A stretch of 31,997 nucleotides of DNA, from IMG/VR virus record IMGVR_UViG_2061766007_000276. One strand, 5' to 3'. The notes below the pieces were generated by a model. It was not told the DNA's origin. It worked only from the letters and a program-made list of their open reading frames with translations, and ran no database searches. Of the stretch, positions 8,653-17,363 are shown piece after piece. The position numbers were made by a program, and so were the translations under genes. Source of the stretch: an uncultured virus (IMG/VR IMGVR_UViG_2061766007_000276) (lineage: Duplodnaviria > Heunggongvirae > Uroviricota > Caudoviricetes). Numbering within the stretch: position 1 is the first letter of the stretch; the number at the start of each line of letters is the position of its first letter.

Positions 8653-8872
8653 GCTGACGGTCTTCACGGTGGACCAGGAGGGATTCCGTTACCTGGAAAT
8701 CCTCCTAAAGAGGTTCGTCGGGGAGGCCTACTTCCACTCGGACCGCAACTCCGCCACAGGGGAATGCGGGTACGAGAACGAGTACGCATACACCGCATGG
8801 CTGACCGAGAGGGAGAAGGCGATCATATTCTCGGCCCTGAAATCGGAGAACGTGGAATTCACCATGATGTAG
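8636..8872 (+). CDS. hypothetical protein, paralogue family B
   Basis: GAAAGGAG RBS; FTV...LLKRFV...YTAWLTEREKAII resembles 8884..9165. Confidence 0.65.
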   Translation: MVEKLKLTVFTVDQEGFRYLEILLKRFVGEAYFHSDRNSATGECGYENEYAYTAWLTEREKAIIFSALKSENVEFTMM

Positions 8873-8883
8873 GAAGGAGGATC

Positions 8884-9165
8884 ATGTCATATTTCTACGG
8901 TATTCCCAGGAGGATAGCCTTCACGGTGAGGAGCGATGAGGCCAAATCCCTCCTGCTGGAGGCTCTTGCCAGGTTCATAGAGGCTCCTTTCGGCGTCACC
9001 ATCGCCGCAAACTGGGACGATGGTTTCTACAGGATCACGTGCTTCCTCGACGAGGAGGAGATGGCGGTCCTGTCCGACATGCTGGAAGGATATCTACACG
9101 AGGACGGAACCAGCATCGACTGGGACGACGAGCTCCGCAAATTGCAGGAGGAGACCGATGAGTAG
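8884..9165 (+). CDS. hypothetical protein, paralogue family B
   Basis: GAAGGAGG RBS before ATG 8884; FTV...ALARFI...ITCFLDEEEMAVL. Confidence 0.65.
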   Translation: MSYFYGIPRRIAFTVRSDEAKSLLLEALARFIEAPFGVTIAANWDDGFYRITCFLDEEEMAVLSDMLEGYLHEDGTSIDWDDELRKLQEETDE

Positions 9166-9352
9166 GCGATATTTGACGATCCGAGAGTATTGCGAAGAGC
9201 ACGGGGTCACCCGCACTACCGTGCAGCACTGGATACGGACCGGCAAGCTGCAGGCGGTCACGTTCAAGAGGCCGTACCTGATCCCGGACGGACAGCCAGT
9301 TCCCTACAAGGACCCGCTCGTCCACAAATGGCGCTACCAGTGGAAGGATTAA
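9158..9352 (+). CDS. excisionase-like (HTH_17/MerR-type) DNA-binding protein
   Basis: YLTIREYCEEHGVTRTTVQHWIRTGKLQA...YLIP is a classic HTH_17 pattern; GGAGGAG RBS. Confidence 0.75.
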   Translation: MSRRYLTIREYCEEHGVTRTTVQHWIRTGKLQAVTFKRPYLIPDGQPVPYKDPLVHKWRYQWKD

Positions 9353-9356
9353 CAGA

Positions 9357-9385
9357 TCGCGATATTTTCAACTCATAAGACGGAA
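9357..9385 (+). promoter_or_regulatory. TCGCGA-W5-YC element, copy 1 (putative phage promoter)
   Basis: TCGCGATATTTTCAACTC starts just after a stop codon and aligns with copies at 12096, 13456, 14783 and 27280. Confidence 0.5.
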
Positions 9386-9430
9386 GCGCTGGAGTTTTGA
9401 ATCCTCCACGCTTTCGATTTTTTTTTCTCT
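9381..9430 (+). terminator. rho-independent terminator
   Basis: Stem GAAGCG(C)TGGAG / CTCCACGCTTTC followed by a T9 run. Confidence 0.65.
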
Positions 9431-9471
9431 GACCGTAGACTCGTCGACAGATAGGAAAGGAGCGAGCGGAA

Positions 9472-9738
9472 ATGGAAATGGTCTGGTTGAAAGAGGAACG
9501 CGTAAAGGAGGCCATGGGGAAAAGGGGCGTGAAGGTCGCGGATCTGCAGAAGAACGGGATCATGAACCGTTCCACGTTCCAAAGGTCCATGAACCGCGGG
9601 ACCATGAGCAGGCCCAAGGCCGAAGCCCTGGCCGGATATCTCGGGGTGCCGTTCAAGGAGATCTTCGGAGAATCAGATCCGGTCTCCCTAGGAGACGCAA
9701 TCCGGGAGGCCACAGACAGGATAGNNNNNNNNNNATAA
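9472..9738 (+). CDS. Cro/C1-type HTH protein; 3' end in an N gap
   Basis: GAAAGGAG RBS; VKEAMGKRGVKVADL...NRSTFQR...AEALAGYLGVPFKEI. Confidence 0.65.
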   Translation: MEMVWLKEERVKEAMGKRGVKVADLQKNGIMNRSTFQRSMNRGTMSRPKAEALAGYLGVPFKEIFGESDPVSLGDAIREATDRIXXXX

Positions 9739-9758
9739 TTTTCGGAAAGGACGGCGAT

Positions 9759-10046
9759 ATGGAGAACAGCAACGGCGTGTCGGATTACGACGTTTTCGAG
9801 GCCAGGGTCGAGGCCCTCGCCGGGAAATGGGACGGTATCGCACCGGATATTGCGGTGGACGAACTGCAGGGCCTTGCGGACCTGGTGGCCAACGTCGAGT
9901 CCGGGAAGAAGGTCAAGCATCCCAGGAAGAAGATGGTCAACGCGCTCGCGGACGCCATGATAGCCGCCGAGATCCTCAGAATCCATTACGGGGTCTCCAA
10001 GAAGAAGCTCGGAAAGACGCTGTTGAAGCGGTCGTCCAAGATGTAG
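9759..10046 (+). CDS. degenerate MazG-like (all-alpha NTP pyrophosphatase) protein
   Basis: VDELQGL...VNALADAMIAAEIL follows the EExxEL...EExxDV layout, but several acidic residues are lost. Confidence 0.45.
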   Translation: MENSNGVSDYDVFEARVEALAGKWDGIAPDIAVDELQGLADLVANVESGKKVKHPRKKMVNALADAMIAAEILRIHYGVSKKKLGKTLLKRSSKM

Positions 10047-10056
10047 GAGGCACGCC

Positions 10057-10296
10057 ATGCAGAAGGCGATATTCGAGGGAAGCGACCCGGCTGGCATATT
10101 GAAGAGGTCCAAGACTTACAAGCTCAGGGTGGTGTTCCAGAGGGAGCTCGTGCCCCCGATATTCGAGGTCGAGCTCGACGACCTCAAGCCGTACGTGTAC
10201 GTATACAATCTGCACGAGGAACATCCCGACATGTACTGCCGGGTGCAACAATACGAATCGTTCGACGAATTCCTGCTGAACTGGAGCCTGCTATGA
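10057..10296 (+). CDS. hypothetical protein, paralogue family C
   Basis: GGAGG RBS; LKRSKTYKLRV...YESFDEFLLNW. Confidence 0.7.
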   Translation: MQKAIFEGSDPAGILKRSKTYKLRVVFQRELVPPIFEVELDDLKPYVYVYNLHEEHPDMYCRVQQYESFDEFLLNWSLL

Positions 10297-10529
10297 AAAA
10301 GGTACGCAAAACGACGTCAACGGACGGATATTGCAGGTGCTACTACTTGGGACCGGACGATTGGGAGGCGGGCCTTCAACATGGGAAGATCTACAAGGTC
10401 AAGGCGGAGGAGATGAAGTCAGGCCGCATATCCGTGGAGATCGAGCCGGAGAACTATCATTTGAAGATACGGCGCCACAAGTACGCCGACATGGAAGAGT
10501 TCGAGATGAACTGGAAAAGGAGCGGATAG
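10293..10529 (+). CDS. hypothetical protein, paralogue family C
   Basis: ATGA overlap; LQHGKIYKVKA...YADMEEFEMNW. Confidence 0.7.
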   Translation: MKKVRKTTSTDGYCRCYYLGPDDWEAGLQHGKIYKVKAEEMKSGRISVEIEPENYHLKIRRHKYADMEEFEMNWKRSG

Positions 10530-10532
10530 GAC

Positions 10533-11237
10533 ATGGACGATAAGAACCTGAATACTGCGGATATTCCCAAGGAGGGTGCTATCAAGTACTACGTGGTGTG
10601 CGACGTGTGCTCGGCTGAGAAGGACGAGCCGGTGCGCATCGAGGGCGAGTACGGAGAGGACTGCCCCCTGGAGGACCGTTCCCAACGGATATTCGACCTG
10701 GTGTACGACCACATAGAGACCCACGGAGATCCTGACGAGGGCTACGACTACTACACCTACATGCGCGGATACGAGACCCACATAGGCAGGGTGCCGGCGG
10801 AGAAGACTGCCGAGAAGTACGTCGAGGTTCCGGCCGATACGGTGGCCGAGGATATTCCCGGGAAAGACGTATACGGCGAGGAATTCGATCCGGTGGACCA
10901 TCCGGAACACTACGCCAAGGGGACCCTCGAGTGCATCGACTGGATCCGCTACGAGCTAACGAGAGAGGAGTACCGCGGATATCTGAAGGGGTGCATGATG
11001 AAGTACCTCTGGAGGCACGAGGACAAGGGTAAGCCAGTGCAGGATCTGGAGAAGCTCCGCAAGTATGCCGAGTTCCTGATAGACGACTACGAACGCGAGG
11101 AAGCCGACGAGAACCTGGGATTCGAGGAGCCCGGCAGGTTCGTGCCGGAGAACCCTAGAGCCGCTCTGACCGGGGTTACCGACTTGCGGGAGGCGGCCGC
11201 GNNNNNNNNNNNNNNNNNGCCACGAACCGTCCCCTGA
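10533..11237 (+). CDS. DUF3310 (SaV/T7 gp1.7-like putative nucleotide kinase) domain protein with an acidic N-terminal extension; 3' end uncertain
   Basis: DPVDHPEHY...ECID...GYLKGCMMKYLWRHEDKG.PVQDLEKLRKY is the DUF3310 signature. Confidence 0.8.
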   Translation: MDDKNLNTADIPKEGAIKYYVVCDVCSAEKDEPVRIEGEYGEDCPLEDRSQRIFDLVYDHIETHGDPDEGYDYYTYMRGYETHIGRVPAEKTAEKYVEVPADTVAEDIPGKDVYGEEFDPVDHPEHYAKGTLECIDWIRYELTREEYRGYLKGCMMKYLWRHEDKGKPVQDLEKLRKYAEFLIDDYEREEADENLGFEEPGRFVPENPRAALTGVTDLREAAAXXXXXXPRTVP

Positions 11238-11327
11238 CCAACGCGGACCTGTGCGACGCCCTCGGGACCATGGTTACGATAGCGGAAAAGCATTACGCGA
11301 AACTTCCGACGGAAAAGGAGGCCTCCG

Positions 11328-11579
11328 ATGCGCCTGAGCGATGAGGAGAAGGTGGTTCTGAACGAGATCCTCGGCGAGAACGACAGCAAGATCCTCGAAT
11401 CCGTGGAGAATCTCCTGAAAGGATATCCTAACAGCGTCATGGTGAGGAGGGCGTGCCTGGACATCGCCTACAGGATCGGGTTCGCCGCCGCCGTCAGATG
11501 CGCCGAGTTAGACTCGGAGGGTATTGCAGAAGGGGGTGAATGCGAATGCTCGTGCAAGACGGGTTCTTCTTCGGAATAG
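11328..11579 (+). CDS. hypothetical protein
   Basis: AAGGAGG RBS; ORF fits the operon. Confidence 0.6.
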   Translation: MRLSDEEKVVLNEILGENDSKILESVENLLKGYPNSVMVRRACLDIAYRIGFAAAVRCAELDSEGIAEGGECECSCKTGSSSE

Positions 11580-11720
11580 GGTTTATGGGCGCTGTGCTGG
11601 CGGCCGTCATATTCGTCCTGANNNNNNNNNNNNNNNNNNNNCGTCAGCTACCTGACGTCGAAGAAGGACAAGACCAGGAGAAGGGAAGACGACGATGAGC
11701 GCTATGATGGACGGGGTTAG
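11540..11720 (+). CDS. small membrane protein, interrupted by an N gap
   Basis: GGGGG RBS-like run; MRMLVQDGFFFGIGFMGAVLAAVIFVL hydrophobic helix; charged tail after the gap. Confidence 0.4.
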
Positions 11721-12078
11721 GGAGGCCAAGCTGAAGGAGATCCGAAAACGCCTCACGATCGAGGATCTCCTGATCCAGCTGGCAGAGGAGGCTTCCGAGC
11801 TTTCGCAGGCCGCGACGAGGATGCTGCGAGGAATGCGTGGGCACAACCTCCCGAAGGGCACGTCCCTGGATATTTCGGGGAAGCTGGTGGAGGAGGCTAC
11901 GGACGTGTTCGTCTGCCTGGAACTTCTGGGCGTCGAAGCGTGTACGGACGTGGCCGACCACAAGATCTCCCGGTGGGTGGAACGCCTGGAAAGGGAAGAC
12001 GCGGATATTTGGAAACGCTACTTCGAGAAGGGCGGCAAGCCGCTGGATTTCAAAGCGAAGAACCCGAAGCTCGGCTGA
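11695..12078 (+). CDS. MazG-like nucleotide pyrophosphohydrolase
   Basis: QLAEEASELSQAA...LVEEATDVFVCLELL carries the EExxE...ExxD metal-binding pattern. Confidence 0.75.
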   Translation: MSAMMDGVREAKLKEIRKRLTIEDLLIQLAEEASELSQAATRMLRGMRGHNLPKGTSLDISGKLVEEATDVFVCLELLGVEACTDVADHKISRWVERLEREDADIWKRYFEKGGKPLDFKAKNPKLG

Positions 12079-12095
12079 GCGCTAGCGTAGGCCTT

Positions 12096-12122
12096 TCGCG
12101 ATATTTTCCGATCCTCTACGGA
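12096..12122 (+). promoter_or_regulatory. TCGCGA-W5-YC element, copy 2
   Basis: Intergenic TCGCGATATTTTCCGATCC upstream of an RBS. Confidence 0.45.
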
Positions 12123-12145
12123 AAGGATACGACGAAAGGGGACGT

Positions 12146-12460
12146 ATGGTAGAAAAGCTTTTCGGCGTGCTGGTGGTTTTGGCCTTGGCAGCATGCGTGA
12201 TAGGAGTATTGCTTATAATGCTCGATTTCATGCTAGATGTCGGGGCGTTTTGGCTGCTGGCAGCCGTGGGCCTGGGGACCGNNNNNNNNNNNNNNNNNNN
12301 NNNNNNNNNNNNNNNNNNNNNNNNNNNNNNNNNNNNNNNNTATCTCCGGGAGAAGGGAGATTCTATGAAGAAAAGCCTTTGGATATTGGCCGCGTTCAGC
12401 ATACCGATATCTTGCGCGTTCGCGTGCCTTATTGGAGCCATCGCCGGAGCGGTGCTCTGA
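12146..12460 (+). CDS. membrane protein(s); probably two small genes joined across an N gap, with a second ATG at ~12365
   Basis: Strongly hydrophobic helices; a second RBS GAAGGGAG precedes MKKSLWIL. Confidence 0.5.
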   Translation: MVEKLFGVLVVLALAACVIGVLLIMLDFMLDVGAFWLLAAVGLGTXXXXXXXXXXXXXXXXXXXXYLREKGDSMKKSLWILAAFSIPISCAFACLIGAIAGAVL

Positions 12461-12471
12461 ACGGAGTGAAC

Positions 12472-12867
12472 ATGGACGATTGCGCAATGGAATACAAGTT
12501 CGAACGCCTTTTCACGAAGGACTACGAGAAATGGCTGACGGAGAACACCCCCTGGAAATGGTATCGTCCGATAGACACGTCGAAGGATTTCGTGTTCTTC
12601 AACCAGGTATCGAGGAAGCTGACGTGCATCCCGTACGACCTCATATCCAGGAGCATGTTGTACATGCCTACCAACACGCCTGGAACCGGCGAGAGGTACA
12701 TCGCCGTCATTTTGGCCGTCAACGGGAAGTACGACATCAACTACGATGAGGACGATTGCCGGTTCACCGAGGGTATGGAATACGTGTCCGACGACCATCG
12801 GACCAGAATAGACATATACGTCAACAAGTCGGCGAAGAAGCCGAAAGAAGAGAACGAAAACGATTAA
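12472..12867 (+). CDS. hypothetical protein
   Basis: GGAG RBS before ATG 12472; globular composition. Confidence 0.65.
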   Translation: MDDCAMEYKFERLFTKDYEKWLTENTPWKWYRPIDTSKDFVFFNQVSRKLTCIPYDLISRSMLYMPTNTPGTGERYIAVILAVNGKYDINYDEDDCRFTEGMEYVSDDHRTRIDIYVNKSAKKPKEENEND

Positions 12868-12873
12868 ACGGAT

Positions 12874-13101
12874 ATGGAAAAGGAGCGAATGGAAATGGCA
12901 AACGCTATCAAATGCACGAGCTGCGGGAACTTCGAGGAAGGGCTCGGATATTCCGTGAGGATCTACCAGCACATGATGAACGACGAGCCTAACCGCCAAA
13001 GGGAGTACGTCCGTCGGGTCGTTACGCAGGACTGCCTGTGCTTCAAATGCGCGTCCGCCGCCGCGGAGGCCGTCCACGAAGTGCTCATCCCAGAGGAATA
13101 G
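12874..13101 (+). CDS. small Cys-rich (CxxC...CxxC) protein
   Basis: CTSC and CFKC; AAGGAG RBS suggests the start may be ~12889. Confidence 0.6.
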   Translation: MEKERMEMANAIKCTSCGNFEEGLGYSVRIYQHMMNDEPNRQREYVRRVVTQDCLCFKCASAAAEAVHEVLIPEE

Positions 13102-13110
13102 GGGGACCCG

Positions 13111-13449
13111 ATGGCATACGGTAAGAAGTTCGTGCCCGTCGTAGACGAAGACGGCTCCAACGAGGTCGAGGACCTCTGGGACGTCACCTTCTACCTGGAC
13201 AGGGACCTTTGCTTCACCTTCGGGTATTTCACGGACGAGCTGTCCGCGAGGACGTTCTCCTCCAAGATCCTGATGGGGGACCTCGGCAGCATCCAGGACC
13301 AGTTCGTAGGCAACCTGGTGGAGCTTGGAGAGGACGCCAAAGTCCTTATCAGGCCCAACAGCGTATGCGCCGTGGAAATCGGCCACCCTTTCGAATGGGA
13401 GGTCAGGAGGAGCTGGTGGGAACGCGGCGACGATAACGCCGTGGGATGA
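13111..13449 (+). CDS. hypothetical protein
   Basis: GGGGG RBS; ORF fits the operon. Confidence 0.65.
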   Translation: MAYGKKFVPVVDEDGSNEVEDLWDVTFYLDRDLCFTFGYFTDELSARTFSSKILMGDLGSIQDQFVGNLVELGEDAKVLIRPNSVCAVEIGHPFEWEVRRSWWERGDDNAVG

Positions 13450-13455
13450 GGGACC

Positions 13456-13500
13456 TCGCGATTTTTCCAACCTCTCTAATAGGATGATATTCCGAGAGAG
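13456..13500 (+). promoter_or_regulatory. TCGCGA-W5-YC element, copy 3, with an overlapping CTCTC/GAGAG inverted repeat
   Basis: Intergenic TCGCGATTTTTCCAACCTCTCTAATAG upstream of gene 13514. Confidence 0.55.
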
Positions 13501-13513
13501 AAAGGGAAATATT

Positions 13514-13756
13514 ATGAAGTTTTTCGGGAATCTCAAGTCGAATATTGTGGCTAAGAAGGACGACGCCGTCGAGGCGATCGGCGACTGGGCAGTCGACCAT
13601 CCGGTCGCGCTAACGGGAATTTGCTACGTCATCGGGCTCGCAGTGGCTATGCCGCTGTGCGTCTGGTCGTACAAGTACATGGGTAAGCGCATCGGGCGCG
13701 AGACCGCAAAGGAGCTGGCCGCTGCAGGCGTCCGGCTAGGCTACAACCACGACTGA
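13514..13756 (+). CDS. small single-pass membrane protein in a stand-alone cassette
   Basis: GAAAGGG RBS; hydrophobic helix; flanked by the motif upstream and a terminator downstream. Confidence 0.7.
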   Translation: MKFFGNLKSNIVAKKDDAVEAIGDWAVDHPVALTGICYVIGLAVAMPLCVWSYKYMGKRIGRETAKELAAAGVRLGYNHD

Positions 13757-13762
13757 TATTCC

Positions 13763-13796
13763 GAAAGGACTCTTAACGGGGTCCTTTCTCTTTTTC
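13763..13796 (+). terminator. rho-independent terminator
   Basis: Stem GAAAGGACTC / GGGTCCTTTC followed by TCTTTTT. Confidence 0.7.
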
Positions 13797-13946
13797 TCTC
13801 GCGTATCGCGTACGTTCCATTTGTCATTCGATGGGATTCATATGAGCGAGCTTTACGACAACGTGCTGCTGTGGGGCGGCAACTTCAAGGTGGTGAGACC
13901 ATATCCGTCCGTACGGGTGGTCCACATAGGAAAGGAGCAGGAAACG

Positions 13947-14273
13947 ATGGAAGAGAACAAACAAGTCAAGACGGATATTCCGGAGAAGGATCCGATGAAG
14001 TTCGACTTCGGCCATGGGGACGAGACCGTCGACGACTTCGTCGCCAGGCGCAAGGCCGAACGCGAGAAGATCGAGAAATCCTACAAGAAGCTCGACAAGG
14101 CTCTCGGATTCGTATTGATGGCCGCGGTCGGCGCCGAGATCTACCTCGTCGGCAAGTTCGTGGGCCAGAAGGCAGGCTACGCCAAGGGGCTGGTAGTTGG
14201 GCAAATGCTGGGCGAGCGCGCCGTGTACAGCGAGATCGTGAATATTGTCAAGGGGGCAGGTGGTGCGGCATGA
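13947..14273 (+). CDS. membrane-anchored hypothetical protein
   Basis: GAAAGGAG RBS before ATG 13947; hydrophobic helix followed by GxxxGxxxG. Confidence 0.65.
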   Translation: MEENKQVKTDIPEKDPMKFDFGHGDETVDDFVARRKAEREKIEKSYKKLDKALGFVLMAAVGAEIYLVGKFVGQKAGYAKGLVVGQMLGERAVYSEIVNIVKGAGGAA

Positions 14274-14545
14274 GGGCGCTAGTGGGAAAGACCGAGAGCA
14301 TAACGCTCGAGGAGGCCATGGAATTCCGGGACAAGGCCAACACCGAGTTCCTCTACTACATGAAGTCGATCGTCGACGAGGCTACGGACGACGAGGACGA
14401 GAGGGCGGATATCTCCGTGAACATGGCCGAGAAGCTCGGGAACCTGATGTCCATGTGCGAGCTGGTAGGCGTGCTCATGGACGACGACATGTACGTTTCT
14501 AGGATCCCGCACAACGAGGGGGTGCGGATAGAGGAGGTCGGTTAG
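14270..14545 (+). CDS. hypothetical protein
   Basis: ATGA overlap with the previous stop; acidic helical protein. Confidence 0.6.
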   Translation: MRALVGKTESITLEEAMEFRDKANTEFLYYMKSIVDEATDDEDERADISVNMAEKLGNLMSMCELVGVLMDDDMYVSRIPHNEGVRIEEVG

Positions 14546-14546
14546 A

Positions 14547-14819
14547 ATGGACGACGGGACGTTGCTGATGGAGAAGACGGAGGCGCTCTGCGATAGGCAG
14601 GACCGTTTCGTCGCCGCCATGAACGCCGGGAACGTCTTCGAGATGTACGGGGTGTTCCTCGAGGAGGAGCTAGCGCACATGGAGATGTTCTCGGATATCG
14701 TGCAGGATCCGGAGCTGAAGGCGTACGCCGCGATGCTGATAGCCGATTGCAGCATGAGGTGCAAGATGACGCTCGAAGCAGTTCGCGAAAAAATCAACTC
14801 CATGAATGAGGACCAATAA
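14547..14819 (+). CDS. hypothetical protein
   Basis: GGAGG RBS; ORF fits the operon. Confidence 0.6.
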   Translation: MDDGTLLMEKTEALCDRQDRFVAAMNAGNVFEMYGVFLEEELAHMEMFSDIVQDPELKAYAAMLIADCSMRCKMTLEAVREKINSMNEDQ

Positions 14820-14828
14820 GGGTCCTCA
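14783..14828 (+). promoter_or_regulatory. TCGCGA-W5-YC element, copy 4, followed by an 8-bp hairpin
   Basis: TCGCGAAAAAATCAACTCCATGAATGAG, then TGAGGACC-AATAAG-GGTCCTCA; precedes gene 14847. Confidence 0.55.
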
Positions 14829-14846
14829 GGAGAAAAGGAGTTTACT

Positions 14847-15077
14847 ATGGCAGAAGAGAAAATCGAGGCTGTGGAGAACACCGAAGCCAAGAAGGACAAC
14901 CCGGTGGTTGCCTTCGCGAAGGGCATCCCTGGCGGGATCAAGAGGAACGCCAAGGGGATCGCTGCTGGAGCAGTTGCTGCCGCTACCGCGANNNNNNNNN
15001 NNNNNNNNNNNNNNNNNNNNGAAGGCGACTTCGAGGTACCGTTCGAGGAGCCGAGCGAGGAAGCACCGGAAGCCTAG
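14847..15077 (+). CDS. small membrane-anchored acidic protein in a stand-alone cassette
   Basis: AAAGGAG RBS; Ala-rich hydrophobic segment; terminator directly downstream. Confidence 0.65.
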   Translation: MAEEKIEAVENTEAKKDNPVVAFAKGIPGGIKRNAKGIAAGAVAAATAXXXXXXXXXXEGDFEVPFEEPSEEAPEA

Positions 15078-15100
15078 ACTTCGACGTGTTCCCCGGGCCC

Positions 15101-15137
15101 GAGGAGCATCTGAAACAGGTGCTCCTTTTCTTTTTTC
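15101..15137 (+). terminator. rho-independent terminator
   Basis: Stem AGGAGCATCTG-AAA-CAGGTGCTCCT followed by a T-rich run. Confidence 0.75.
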
Positions 15138-15176
15138 CGCCGTATTCTTTTTTCTCTTCGAAAGGAAGGAGCGATA

Positions 15177-16019
15177 ATGGATTGGAAAGGTTTGGCGAAG
15201 ACCGTAACGAAGGCGGCGTCAAGGCACTCGCCCGCGATATTCACCGCTCTCGGCATAGCCGGTTTCGGGACCACGGTCGTGATGACGGCGAAGGCTGCTC
15301 CTAGGGCAGCGGACGTCCACGCGAGGGAATCGTGGGAGAGGTGCGACGCCGCGGACGAGAAGGAAGACGGGATCATATCCGAGGAGGAGCTCAAGGCCAA
15401 GGTCAGGGACTCCTACATCAGGGAGGTCAAGGACCTGGCGCCCCTGTACCTCCCGGTGGCAGGCATGGGGATATTGTCGATCGGGTGCTTCCTGATGGCT
15501 AACAAGATCCACGTGGACAGGGAGGCGGCGGTCATGGCCGCATATTCCCTGAGCGAGAAGACTTTGGCCACTTACCAGGACAAGGTCATAGAGAAGCTCG
15601 GCGAGGAGGTCCATAAGGATATCCTGGACGAGGCCACCAAGGACATTGTCAGGAACGAGGCGCCGGAGGACCTATCGCCGGACGCGATAGTGGTCCCAAA
15701 CGGGGGAGCCACCGTAAGATGCTACGACAACGTGACCGGGCGCTACTTCTTCAGCAGCAAGGAGCGGATATTGGAGGCAGAGGGGGCCGTCAATAAGCGC
15801 CTGCTGAACGAGACGAGGGTTCCGTTACAGGAGTTCTACTACGAGCTCGGCTTGGAGGAGAACTTCGTCCTCGGCGAAGCCATGGGATGGGATATCTCGA
15901 ACCCGTACTTCGGAGGGGACAACGTCCTGAGCATATGGTTCACCCCGATGCTGGACGACGACAAGAACCCGTGCCTCGCGTTGAACTACCACGTCCTCAT
16001 ATTCGAGCGTTCGGCTTGA
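15177..16019 (+). CDS. DUF6353-like phage protein (paralogue 1)
   Basis: SPAIFTALGIAG..TTVVMTAKAAP...AAYSL...YDNVTGRYF...L.EFYYELGL...GW pattern, recalled as DUF6353. Confidence 0.7.
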   Translation: MDWKGLAKTVTKAASRHSPAIFTALGIAGFGTTVVMTAKAAPRAADVHARESWERCDAADEKEDGIISEEELKAKVRDSYIREVKDLAPLYLPVAGMGILSIGCFLMANKIHVDREAAVMAAYSLSEKTLATYQDKVIEKLGEEVHKDILDEATKDIVRNEAPEDLSPDAIVVPNGGATVRCYDNVTGRYFFSSKERILEAEGAVNKRLLNETRVPLQEFYYELGLEENFVLGEAMGWDISNPYFGGDNVLSIWFTPMLDDDKNPCLALNYHVLIFERSA

Positions 16020-16048
16020 ACGACGGGTAAGGACGAGAGGTGCGAGTT

Positions 16049-16258
16049 ATGGGAACGTTGACTGCGTGGCTCGAGAACAACCCGGAATATTCGGTGACCT
16101 TCCAGTCGCAGAGGGACGGCCTGGTGCTGGTGACGATGAGGACTGGCAAGATCGTCTACGGCAGGTCCGAGCATCCGCACTTCCTGGAATTGGGCGACGC
16201 ACTGGATATTCTCGACCACATGAGGGAGACGATAGACGAGTATCTAAAGGAGCGATGA
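16049..16258 (+). CDS. hypothetical protein
   Basis: GAGG RBS; ORF fits the operon. Confidence 0.55.
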   Translation: MGTLTAWLENNPEYSVTFQSQRDGLVLVTMRTGKIVYGRSEHPHFLELGDALDILDHMRETIDEYLKER

Positions 16259-16259
16259 C

Positions 16260-16634
16260 ATGGCAAAACAGTACTACGAGTTCGACACGGAGGAGAACAA
16301 GATAACCGCGAACGTCACCGACAAGGTGAAGTCCAAGATGGATGAAGCAGGAGGGATATTCGCCAAGGTGGACAAATGGAAGATCTTCAAGCAGGTGGTC
16401 GGGATGGCCGCCAGCGGCTGCGCTTCCGTGGTGGTGTCCAAGTACCTCAAGGCGAACATCCCCGAAAGCTCAACCGCGTTCGAGAAGGGGGTGATGGGCG
16501 TCGGCATGTACATGATCACCGGGGTCGTAGGATCAAAGGTGGCCAAGTACGCCGAGCAGGAGCTGGACGAGTGGAGGGATTCTGTCATGATGGTGAAGGA
16601 GGCCGCCAAGGCAGAGGATCCCGAGGAGGAATAG
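16260..16634 (+). CDS. hypothetical protein, possibly membrane-associated
   Basis: AAAGGAG RBS; two Gly/Ala-rich amphipathic segments. Confidence 0.7.
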   Translation: MAKQYYEFDTEENKITANVTDKVKSKMDEAGGIFAKVDKWKIFKQVVGMAASGCASVVVSKYLKANIPESSTAFEKGVMGVGMYMITGVVGSKVAKYAEQELDEWRDSVMMVKEAAKAEDPEEE

Positions 16635-16637
16635 AAA

Positions 16638-17315
16638 ATGGAAGAGAAGATCGGCAACCCCTCATATCTGGAGGGCAACGCCAAGAGCGAGGGCCAGAAG
16701 GCCACCAAGAAGGAATCGAAGGCCATAGCAGAGCAGAAGCCGGAAGTGAAGTCCGTCGTGCAGGGGCAGGTGACGCATAAGAAACCTCCCGCCAGGAAGA
16801 GGCTGCGCGAGTNNNNNNNNNNNNNNNNNNNNNNNNNNNGCACCGTAGGGGACTACCTGGTATGGGACGTGCTGCTCCCAGCCGCGAAGGAGACCATAGC
16901 GGACGTGGTGAAGAAGGGCATCGACGTGTTCCTATACGGCGGAACTGGGCGATATCCTGCGGACAGGCGAAGCGGACGTCCGTCCAGCCACGTTTCCTAC
17001 GAGGGATATTACTCGAAGCGCGGCGACTACAAGTCCGAACGCAGCCGTTACAGCTACCGAGGCAGGGCGGCGATGGACTTCCGCGAGTTCGTCTTCGACG
17101 ACCGCAGGGACGCCGAGATGGTCCTCAGCGAGCTGTGCGAGATCGTGGACACGTACGGGTTCGCCAAGGTGTCGGATTTCTACAGCCTCGTGGGAGAGAC
17201 CGAGAGGAACTTCACAGACCACGGGTACGGATGGGACGCACTCGGATCCGCCTCGGTCGAGCGAGTCCGCGACGGATGGGTCGTCGACCTGCCTAGGCCC
17301 ATACCGCTCAATTGA
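16638..17315 (+). CDS. conserved phage protein
   Basis: GGAGG RBS; DVLLPAAKETI...AEMVL..L.E.V..YG...VSDFY...YGW..L...V.RVRDG...DLP.P ending. Confidence 0.75.
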   Translation: MEEKIGNPSYLEGNAKSEGQKATKKESKAIAEQKPEVKSVVQGQVTHKKPPARKRLREXXXXXXXXXXTVGDYLVWDVLLPAAKETIADVVKKGIDVFLYGGTGRYPADRRSGRPSSHVSYEGYYSKRGDYKSERSRYSYRGRAAMDFREFVFDDRRDAEMVLSELCEIVDTYGFAKVSDFYSLVGETERNFTDHGYGWDALGSASVERVRDGWVVDLPRPIPLN

Positions 17316-17363
17316 ATAGACGCGTGCCCTCCATGGGAGGAGTAGAAGGGATATTCGAGCGGG

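Noticed and set aside
9158..9352. Excisionase as evidence of an integration module or prophage boundary
   Set aside because: There is no integrase, att-like repeat or host gene in the window, and HTH_17 proteins often act as simple regulators.
11294..11312. ACGCGAAACTTCC as a sixth copy of the TCGCGA element
   Set aside because: It mismatches in both the hexamer and the W-tract and has no downstream AAT or hairpin, so it is too weak to call.
12082..13536. 484-aa minus-strand ORF
   Set aside because: It is antisense to five well-formed + strand genes with RBSs and has no recognisable motif. Long shadow ORFs are expected from the GC3-rich codon bias.
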